From Candidatus Pacearchaeota archaeon (lineage in GTDB: Archaea > Nanobdellota > Nanobdellia > Pacearchaeales > GW2011-AR1), in contig JAGLQO010000018.1 in NCBI GenBank assembly GCA_023136775.1, forward strand, positions 20,452-84,451: a stretch of DNA of 64,000 nt, written 5' to 3'. Every line of letters begins with the position of its first letter. Position 1 is the first letter of the stretch. Made by a program: the position numbers and the translations under genes. The notes below the pieces were generated by a model. It was not told where the DNA came from. It did not search any database and was given only the letters and a program-made list of their open reading frames with translations. Positions 15,116 to 22,872 of this stretch are shown one piece after another.

Positions 15116-18100
15116 TTATTTTTTAGATGGAGATTTTTTCTTAGTCGTAGATTTAGTTGATGCTTTTGGTTTTGACGGAGAGGATTTTCCATCAAATGCT
15201 TCTAATATTTTTATCATATCTGCTTTGTTTATTGCTGGTTTTAATTTCGTAGCTAAACTTGGAGATAATTCTTTTAACCAATCTGATATTTCATTTTTTT
15301 CTTCGTTTACATGAAGTTTGAAAATATCTTCGTCCAATGTTGGAAGCATATCTTTAATTTCTGCAAGACTAGAAATCATCGCTCCATTGTCGAAAGTTAA
15401 TGAATTAAGTTGTTTATTATTTAGCAATTCCATTGGATCTTTTGCGTCTTCTTTTTCTTCACTTGCCTGTGCCTTTTCTTTTGATTCTGCTTTTGAATGC
15501 TCTTTTTTTGCTTCCGTAACTGACGCTTCAATATCTTCTAAGTCTGCTAATTCTATTTCTAACTTCTTTGGTTTTTTGCCCAACTTTTCCCATTGCTTAG
15601 TAATCCGCGGAACCAGTCCTTCAAGATAAATATCAACAACAGAAAAATTTCCGACCATCACTTTATCTTTTACTAATTTTAATTCCATTTTCAAATCGAA
15701 TACATCAATCTTCAAATTTTCTAGCTGCTTAATTTGATAGTCTAATTCATCTACTTGATCATTATATTTATTATACTTTTCTAATTCCTCGTCGGAAAGT
15801 CTTCTTGTATTATGGAGAATTGGTCTGAACTGAATAAAATAAGGAAGCCCTTTGTTGTACTCTGCATTTTGAAACATGGCAACTCCAACTTCTGATTTCA
15901 CTAAAGATTTCAAAAAACTTTCTCCGAATTTTGTTTTGATTCTTTCTAGGTCGCCTTCTTCTACCGTACGGGTCTGAACTTCAGTATTAATATTCGCTTT
16001 AATTTCTCCAACAAAATCGTTCATAACCTGTGAAATTAAAATTTGCCCTATTCCCCATTTACGAAATTCTCTGCAACCTCTTTCAATTTGCAAGAATCCT
16101 GCCCCCGTTCCACCAAACTTTGGAAGAAGTCGATGAACTTCATCGAATACCAAAAGGATTTTTAATTCTTGAGCTTCTTGAGGGTCGCTCTTAAAAACTT
16201 GTCTAATTGTATTTGCTACGAAGATGTCCATGTCTTTTGGTTGAAGTTTGTTTAATGTAAAAATTTGTATATGCCCTGGATCAAAGAATTTATTGATATT
16301 AATTATTTGACGAGCATCTTTTACGGCTCTAATGTTTCCAGGAAAACCCCTAGCCTCTGTTGTCTTCATTCCAAATTTTGAATAAAATGAAAACATTTTT
16401 TTGTCTTCACATTTTCTAAGCATCCCAGACCACTGGGCTGTTGGGTCGAATACAATTACACAAACTCCCTTTAGCAAGGCTTCTTCAATTATGACTTGTG
16501 CCGAAATGGATTTACCCATACCTGTTGCACCCGCGACAATCGTATGAACTTTTAATCTTTCTAGTTCAAGATACGCGGGCTTTTTTGATTCTGCAATTAA
16601 TCCTAACTTTGCTGTTTTTTCCCCTGGACCTGGAAGTGAATTAAAATCTACTCTAACGCTGTAACGTTCTTTCTTCGCCATATGCCGCTTATAGACAAAT
16701 ATGTTTAAAGCAATAAAACTAAGGAAAGAAATACCGACAAGATAAATCCAAACTTGAATTCCCAAGAAAGCATAAAGATAAATTGGTTGGACAACCTTAA
16801 ATGCCGTCGACGTTTTTGAAACTAGATTAAGATAAGTTGTCCTTACTTCTAAAGTGTATTCACCAATTGGGATTTCTTCTGGAAGTTGTATAGCTTCTAA
16901 AAGTGTTAAAGATGATGCGATTTCTGACTGCGTGTTTGTTTCTGAATAGACAATTGAATTATTTATTCCTTTTATTTTAGAATTAATATAAACTATATAG
17001 CCTTGATCACTTAGTAAATTTTGCAATGTTAATTTGTATTTTAATTCTTCGGATTTTTTAATTGAGTCTTCAAATAAATCCACTCTAATTAACATCGTTT
17101 CAATTGGCATTCTTCGCTCTACGATATCTATTGTTACTGGGATTTTTTGATTCAGCGAACCTGAAATTGTAATATTTCCTACATATCTCCCTATGTTTTC
17201 TGTCCCATAAAATGTCAATCCTATTTCTCCAAAAGAGTTTGATGGAATTGTTATTGAAGTTTGATCTACTGTTAAAATGTTAGTTAACTCTTGAGGCAAT
17301 GCAATATTGAGCGTCATTGTTCCACCAAAATTATAGATTCCAATTGACTCTTCGACAAATGTATTTTTTCTTACTTCCTTTTTTATTTCTTTTGTACTTA
17401 TCCAATAATCGTCCCCGTTCTTGACTGCTTGTTCTTTTATGTTTGAAATTTTTTTATCAGTGAAAGGTCCTGTTTCAAAATTCATGTCCGACTCTGAAAT
17501 CGCGGCTGCTAGTAAGGTAAAATTTACATCTAGATGGGCTGGCTTGTCTGAAAAATCTATTGTTTTTATTCCATTATCATAGCCTTGTTTAATTGCAAAA
17601 ATTGTCTGATTATTTGGAATCACCGAAGGGAAAATAGTGTAATAACCTTGAAGATTTGTTTGTGTTGAAATTCCTCCTATTGAAATTTTTACGTTGCTTA
17701 TTGGAACGCCTACCTCATCAGTTACGTAACCTTCAATATTTGTTATGATTATATCATCTACTCCTGGAGTCTCTGGTGGCAAAGTTATGTTTCTTTGTAT
17801 CATACTTTCATTTAGCGTTATATTCGCACTTGAAAATCTACTGTCGTAACCTGATTTTTCTGCTATAATGCTGTAATCTCCTTCTAGTAATTCCATTGTG
17901 AAATTATAAAGTCCTGTAGCGGTTGTATTTTGAATTGAGCCTACAAAAGTAACTACTGCATCTTCTATCGGATTTCCCATAATGTCTTTAATGTATCCAA
18001 ATATCGTTGCTGATACCGTATTTCCTATTCCGCCGCCCTCGGGGCATATGTCATTTGGGTCTGTGAAGAAATAATATGTTAGAGTTGTTGCCTCTGGGGT

Positions 18101-18799
18101 TGGAATTAACATTTGATAATTTACCGTCACGTCTTGGCTGTAACCTTTTTGCATCGATGAAACATGTGTTACGTAAACGTAATTTCCAAGGTCATCTTTT
18201 AAAATTCCTATGTCAAAAATTTCGTTATCTCCGTCCCATTTATGCGTATGTGTCGACGGAATGTTGGTTATATTTTGTGCTCCAAGCATTATGCTCATGT
18301 TATTTGTAAATGTATTTGATGAACAATAAATTTCTCCGCCGCAACCCATATATGCATCTAATTCAGAAGGTGTTAGTGGTTCTAATGTATCGAAATCTAT
18401 GGCGTCTGATGTTGATGCGTAAATTTCGTTTCCGTTTGGGTCTGATGTGTCCATGCAATCGAAAAATAAGTCTTGTCTTTTTATTTCATTTTCTAAATCT
18501 CCAGAAAGTTGTTCTGTGAATCCTGGGACTCTTAATGCTAGTCCATATATTCCGTTCCAATTGGGTGTTGGGAATCTTCTGAAAAGTGTCATGCTTGTTA
18601 TACTTCCGGCTTCGGCGTTGATATAGGTTGCATAGCCTGTTATTAGGTAGTGGGATGTTAGGAGAATTAATAAGATCGAGGTTGACAAAAGCGTTAAAAA
18701 AAGAAGAAAAAGTTCTATCTTTGTTGCTTCTTTTTCTTTCCATAATTCCCGTTTTGCAATCCTAGTCGCGGCTAGTCTAGATCTCCCAATCCTCTTCAT
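15116..18799 (-). CDS. Fusion protein: N-terminal anchor, ~650-aa ectodomain (two carboxypeptidase-regulatory-like repeats plus beta-sandwiches), TM helix, HerA/FtsK-superfamily P-loop ATPase, conserved C-terminal module, Lys/Ser/Pro tail
   Basis: Walker A VAGATGMGKS (DNA 16508-16537), FDPTAQW, Walker B LLVFDEVHRLLP and ILISQ. TM IYLYAFLGIQVWIYLVGISFLSFIALNIFVY. Ectodomain repeats GYIKDIMGNPIEDAVVTF..GLYNF..GDYSIIAEKSGYD and GYVTDEVGVPISNVKISI..GYYTI. Tail KSSPSKPKASTKSTTKKKSPSKK. Confidence 0.85.
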   Translation of the reverse strand: MKRIGRSRLAATRIAKRELWKEKEATKIELFLLFLTLLSTSILLILLTSHYLITGYATYINAEAGSITSMTLFRRFPTPNWNGIYGLALRVPGFTEQLSGDLENEIKRQDLFFDCMDTSDPNGNEIYASTSDAIDFDTLEPLTPSELDAYMGCGGEIYCSSNTFTNNMSIMLGAQNITNIPSTHTHKWDGDNEIFDIGILKDDLGNYVYVTHVSSMQKGYSQDVTVNYQMLIPTPEATTLTYYFFTDPNDICPEGGGIGNTVSATIFGYIKDIMGNPIEDAVVTFVGSIQNTTATGLYNFTMELLEGDYSIIAEKSGYDSRFSSANITLNESMIQRNITLPPETPGVDDIIITNIEGYVTDEVGVPISNVKISIGGISTQTNLQGYYTIFPSVIPNNQTIFAIKQGYDNGIKTIDFSDKPAHLDVNFTLLAAAISESDMNFETGPFTDKKISNIKEQAVKNGDDYWISTKEIKKEVRKNTFVEESIGIYNFGGTMTLNIALPQELTNILTVDQTSITIPSNSFGEIGLTFYGTENIGRYVGNITISGSLNQKIPVTIDIVERRMPIETMLIRVDLFEDSIKKSEELKYKLTLQNLLSDQGYIVYINSKIKGINNSIVYSETNTQSEIASSLTLLEAIQLPEEIPIGEYTLEVRTTYLNLVSKTSTAFKVVQPIYLYAFLGIQVWIYLVGISFLSFIALNIFVYKRHMAKKERYSVRVDFNSLPGPGEKTAKLGLIAESKKPAYLELERLKVHTIVAGATGMGKSISAQVIIEEALLKGVCVIVFDPTAQWSGMLRKCEDKKMFSFYSKFGMKTTEARGFPGNIRAVKDARQIININKFFDPGHIQIFTLNKLQPKDMDIFVANTIRQVFKSDPQEAQELKILLVFDEVHRLLPKFGGTGAGFLQIERGCREFRKWGIGQILISQVMNDFVGEIKANINTEVQTRTVEEGDLERIKTKFGESFLKSLVKSEVGVAMFQNAEYNKGLPYFIQFRPILHNTRRLSDEELEKYNKYNDQVDELDYQIKQLENLKIDVFDLKMELKLVKDKVMVGNFSVVDIYLEGLVPRITKQWEKLGKKPKKLEIELADLEDIEASVTEAKKEHSKAESKEKAQASEEKEDAKDPMELLNNKQLNSLTFDNGAMISSLAEIKDMLPTLDEDIFKLHVNEEKNEISDWLKELSPSLATKLKPAINKADMIKILEAFDGKSSPSKPKASTKSTTKKKSPSKK

Positions 18800-18892
18800 T
18801 ATATTAGGTAAGGAATGTAATTAATAAAGATTATGTTGATACTTTTATCGTTGGTGGATTAATGATATTTGGAGTGTTAGGATTGGAACATG

Positions 18893-19160
18893 GGGGCAAA
18901 TTTTGCTCACGGATTTTGGGGATTCAAGACAAAAGGCGATTTTGCTCACGGATTACACGGACGCCTTTGGCGTTCACGGATTTAAGGCAATGATTTTTGG
19001 AGTGGGTTTTTTATTTTTGGGAAGTTCCTTCCATAAGAAATTATGACAATTTTTCCTTCGGAAAAAACGCCACAATTTCTTATGGAGTTTTTTGCTTGTT
19101 GGAGCGTGGTGAGGGGCGGGGGCGGCGCGTGAGTGAGAGAGTGTTAGCGAGTGAAGGAAC
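18893..19160 (+). repeat. Composite intergenic element (core, B, A, T-run, F)
   Basis: GCTCACGGATT core 18905-18915. B 18944-18982 (stem ACGCC/GGCGT). Long-form A hairpin 19028-19087 (TTTTCCTTCGGAAAAA centre), then T6 at 19088-19093. GC-rich F module 19101-19160. Confidence 0.9.
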
Positions 19161-19292
19161 TATATTATATTAACGAAACGAAGTTTCGACTATTGAGCGA
19201 TTTGAATGAATGAAATTTTAGAATGAATAAATAGGGAAATTAATTTTGTCGTCGAAGTTACCGAAAGGTATATAAAATATTTTTGGATTTTA

Positions 19293-20105
19293 ATGATGGG
19301 AGATTATATGGGATTTTTAAAAAAGGAGAGAGCGCCTAGCGAATTACCTGGTTTGGCATTAGAGAGTTCTAATAATTCAAATGTGAATAAAATCTCTGCC
19401 CCTGAAATTGCGCCCGTGACAAGTAAAAATGTTGTTGCTCATATTGCACCTATTAATAATGAGCCAGAACCTATTAATTATTCTAGACCAACTTTCCCGA
19501 GCCTTCCTCGCGATGAGCCAGTAATTGCCGAGCCTGCTAGAGCAGTACATGTTGAACATAAAAACATACATCATGAAACAAAACAAGAACATACTCACCA
19601 CAGGGAACATAAAGTTAAACATAGGGAAGAAATCGCTGGAGAGGATTATTTGGAATTTTCGCATAAGGATCATGAGAGAATTGATGCGGAAGAAATCAAG
19701 GCAAAAATTTCTGAACATATTGATGGCGATGAACATAATAAATTGAAATATTTTGATAAGGTTCTTGATGATATTAATGACGGAATTCAAGATCTTGGAA
19801 AGTTAGAAGATTGGTATGAAAATAAATTTTCTTCTGAAGATATTGTTTCTAATATGAAAGGATACTGGGAAGGAAACAAGGCTGATATTATTATTCAAAG
19901 TTTTGGATCTGAATATAAAAGAAAAATTAATGAGAATGTAAAAAACTTGCAAAAATTAGAAGAAGACTGGCGAGCTATTTATTTTCAATTGATTAAAAAA
20001 GAAGAGGAAATGAAAAAAGTTGAACAGGGATTAAAGGGTACGTTATCGGAATTTGTTGATTTATGCAAGCGGAGAAATAATGGGAAAGAAAGAGAGAAAA
20101 AGTAA
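19293..20105 (+). CDS. Hypothetical protein with a His/Glu-rich middle and a helical C-terminus
   Basis: 270-aa ORF. TATA-like GTATATAAAAT at 19268-19278. In-frame ATGs at 19293, 19296 and 19308. No recognisable domain. Confidence 0.55.
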   Translation: MMGDYMGFLKKERAPSELPGLALESSNNSNVNKISAPEIAPVTSKNVVAHIAPINNEPEPINYSRPTFPSLPRDEPVIAEPARAVHVEHKNIHHETKQEHTHHREHKVKHREEIAGEDYLEFSHKDHERIDAEEIKAKISEHIDGDEHNKLKYFDKVLDDINDGIQDLGKLEDWYENKFSSEDIVSNMKGYWEGNKADIIIQSFGSEYKRKINENVKNLQKLEEDWRAIYFQLIKKEEEMKKVEQGLKGTLSEFVDLCKRRNNGKEREKK

Positions 20106-20415
20106 AAAAAATAGCAAACATAACAGTAACGTAACAAAATTATATTTTGGAGTTGGCGGAATTCTTGTTGCGATTCTTGTTGGATTAATTTTATTTAATA
20201 GTGGAATATTTGAGGAAGCTCATGATATTTCTAAATTTAGTATTGATGATGAATGTTCAATTATAATGGGCAACCTTATTCATAATATTCGGGACGGTGG
20301 TGATTGCAAAATTAAGTGTGTGAATAATTGTGAGATTCGAGAATTAGATTTTTATGACTCGGAATTTACATTTGAAAATAGTTCTTGTCATACTTGCGAC
20401 TGTTATTGCAAATAA
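20080..20415 (+). CDS. Small N-terminally anchored Cys-rich protein
   Basis: From ATG 20080: MGKKERKSKKNSKHNSNVTKLYFGVGGILVAILVGLILF (TM), then 8 Cys including CKIKCVNNC and CHTCDCYCK. The track start at 20053 overlaps the previous gene further. Confidence 0.45.
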   Translation: MGKKERKSKKNSKHNSNVTKLYFGVGGILVAILVGLILFNSGIFEEAHDISKFSIDDECSIIMGNLIHNIRDGGDCKIKCVNNCEIRELDFYDSEFTFENSSCHTCDCYCK

Positions 20416-20477
20416 ACACCGTGGGAATAATTGATGATATTTACAAACAAGAATCTGAGGATATTGATAATAATTTT

Positions 20478-21122
20478 ATGAAAAATCTTGAAGACGGAAA
20501 AAAGAAAAAAGCTGTTATAAGAAAATATTTAAGAAATCTTCATAAATCTAAAAGAAAGTATGGTAAAAAATACCATAGACATCTTGTTGTGAAAAAATGG
20601 AAAATTTGGCACACTAAAAAAAAGAAAACTAAAAAATCAAAGTATAAACATTTGGAAGTTAAGCATTTTGATTTTAGACTTAATTTTAATGAAAGGTTAA
20701 AAATAAGTCTAAGTATTTTTTTCTTCAATTTGAAAAGGTTTTTTCTTAGAATCTGGTTAAAGATTACTCCTAAATTAATTTTATATGCTTATTATAAAAT
20801 AACAAAGATGACTATTTCTGCATATAAAAACACTCGAGACAGTATCGAAAATAAAAAAAATAATACAAAAACTAACTTGGCTAAATTTTTTATTGCGACT
20901 TGGGTCAGAATAAAAAAAGCCCATGCCGAAAACGTAGAGAGAATTAAAGAAATTAAAGAGAGCATTATGTTTTGGAAAAAATTAAAGAAGGGCGGAGAGA
21001 CTGAGGATAGTGAAAGTGGCGAGGGAAATGAAAATGAAGAAGAAGGTTTAGGGAGTGATGAAGGAGATGAAGATGAATCCAAAGAAGATGGTGGTGCAGA
21101 TGATAAAAAAGAAATTGTTTAA
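20478..21122 (+). CDS. Hypothetical Lys-rich protein with a hydrophobic segment and an acidic tail
   Basis: ORF 20385..21122. The first ATG is at 20478 (GTG at 20421 is possible). Low-complexity K-rich N-terminus and a D/E/G-rich C-terminus. Coding status uncertain. Confidence 0.4.
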   Translation: MKNLEDGKKKKAVIRKYLRNLHKSKRKYGKKYHRHLVVKKWKIWHTKKKKTKKSKYKHLEVKHFDFRLNFNERLKISLSIFFFNLKRFFLRIWLKITPKLILYAYYKITKMTISAYKNTRDSIENKKNNTKTNLAKFFIATWVRIKKAHAENVERIKEIKESIMFWKKLKKGGETEDSESGEGNENEEEGLGSDEGDEDESKEDGGADDKKEIV

Positions 21123-21224
21123 TTTTTTAGATAAATTATAATGTTTTGATTGACGATTTGGTCAATAACTTTTTGTTGTTGGAAAAACAAATTGCTCGCG
21201 GATTGTGAGAATTTCGAAAATTCA

Positions 21225-22457
21225 TCAGCACAGAACTTTATTGATAATCCAAAAAACATTCAAATAATGGGTAAAAATTACTTCGCAACCGTTGTATTTT
21301 TTCTTTACATCTGAATTTTCACAGAAAACATAAATTCTTTTTACTTTATTCAAATCAATAAATTTTTTCATAGAAGAGCTAATTTCTGCATTTCCTATTC
21401 TAGATTTTATTTCAAACCCAAAAACTCCTTTTTCTCCCTCGATAACAAAATCCATTTCATGAGAACTTTTATAATTCCAGAAATTGACATTCAATCCAGC
21501 TTTAACAAAAGAATTCAATATAAAATTTTCGTAGACTTCTCCCTTATCTTGTTTCAAATCAACATCGTTAAAATTGTTTATAATAGAATTCTTAAATCCC
21601 AAATCAAACAAATATGTTTTAGGGGATTTAATTAACTCCTTAGATTTATTTGACAAATAAGGTCTAACAATATTCAAAATGGTTGTCTTTTCTAAAACAT
21701 CAATTATTTCCCTAATTTTATTATTATGAATTCCCAAGTCTTGGGCAACAGAACTTTTATTTAAAATTTTACCATCCTGTAATGCAAGTTTTCTCAACAT
21801 ATTTTCAAATTCACTCAAATCTCTATAATTTAAAACCCCGCGAATTTCTTTCAATAAATAAGTATTTTTAATATTTCTTAATATTTCTCTTTTTATGCCC
21901 TTCCCCCGATCTAAAACAACTTCTGGATACCCTCCGAACTTTAAATATTCTGAGAATTCTTTTTTTAATATATTAAAATCTTCAAACTTTCTCATACTAG
22001 AGAATAAAAAAGAATTTTCCTTCGAAAAAAAATCTATAAAATTCTTGAAACTTAGCGGATAACATTCAAAGATAAAAACTCTTCCAACAAGATATTGTAA
22101 AGAATGTATTGCAACTTCTGATCTCGAAGAACCAGAAATAAAAATTTTAATTTTATATTTATCATAAATCAACTTCAAATATTTGCCACTATTTTTTGAA
22201 TATTGTATTTCATCAATAAAAAGAAAATCATTACTTTCCACATACTTCTCAATAAAAAGATTTATATTATTTTCAAATAAATTTAAAATATCTAAATCAT
22301 CAAATGTAATGAAATTAGATTTATTCGTCTTTACTTTATTATAAAAATAATTCATAATAGTTGTTTTCCCAATTTGCCTAGCACCAACTATTGCAACAAT
22401 TTCTTTTCGATTCAACGCATTTGTTATATTTTTTACTATATCTCTTTGAATAAACAT
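21225..22457 (-). CDS. AAA+ ATPase of the COG1373 type (P-loop N-domain plus DUF4143-like PD-(D/E)xK-like C-domain)
   Basis: Walker A VGARQIGKTT, Walker B LFIDEIQY, and a C-terminal MDFVIEGEKGVFGFEIKS block. Confidence 0.8.
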   Translation of the reverse strand: MFIQRDIVKNITNALNRKEIVAIVGARQIGKTTIMNYFYNKVKTNKSNFITFDDLDILNLFENNINLFIEKYVESNDFLFIDEIQYSKNSGKYLKLIYDKYKIKIFISGSSRSEVAIHSLQYLVGRVFIFECYPLSFKNFIDFFSKENSFLFSSMRKFEDFNILKKEFSEYLKFGGYPEVVLDRGKGIKREILRNIKNTYLLKEIRGVLNYRDLSEFENMLRKLALQDGKILNKSSVAQDLGIHNNKIREIIDVLEKTTILNIVRPYLSNKSKELIKSPKTYLFDLGFKNSIINNFNDVDLKQDKGEVYENFILNSFVKAGLNVNFWNYKSSHEMDFVIEGEKGVFGFEIKSRIGNAEISSSMKKFIDLNKVKRIYVFCENSDVKKKYNGCEVIFTHYLNVFWIINKVLC

Positions 22458-22563
22458 ATAAAAACATATTTTCTATATTTATAAGCTTTTTGTAAATATC
22501 CTGGATATTCTTACAATTAATTTTTCAATAAATATAATAATAAATATACAGTTTTATCATTGT

Positions 22564-22872
22564 TTAATTTTTTAGATAAATTATAATGCTTTGATTGGTA
22601 TAAATTTCATAATCTTTATTTGATTCTATTAATATATTTGTTCCAATTCCGCCTAGTGCATTTATGTATCCAAATGTTGAGCCATATTCTACAACAGAAA
22701 CTGATTGCACTTGTGGGTATTTTTCCATTAATTCACTTGCATAAATTGATGGAAAGTATTCGGAAATTGTGAAATTATTTTTTCCTTCAATCAAGCTTAT
22801 ACTTAATGGATTATCTGCTATTATTGAAGTCATTGATAATGCTAGAATTATGAATATTAACTGAATTTTCAT
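22564..22872 (-). CDS. Small secreted protein (102 aa), last gene of a four-gene surface operon
   Basis: Signal peptide MKIQLIFIILALSMTSIIA. 4-nt overlap with the upstream gene. Confidence 0.65.
   Translation of the reverse strand: MKIQLIFIILALSMTSIIADNPLSISLIEGKNNFTISEYFPSIYASELMEKYPQVQSVSVVEYGSTFGYINALGGIGTNILIESNKDYEIYTNQSIIIYLKN

Noticed and set aside
15115-15195. Track start codons that create long gene overlaps (15195, 33008, 46256, 54466, 20053)
   Set aside because: In each case an internal ATG lies 1-2 nt after the upstream stop, or precedes a clean signal peptide. It removes the overlap or a repeat-derived leader, so the shorter models are preferred.
21225-22457. COG1373-type AAA ATPase as the core of a multi-gene defence system
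   Set aside because: It stands alone between unrelated operons, with no adjacent nuclease, methylase or effector genes. It is reported only as a single gene.
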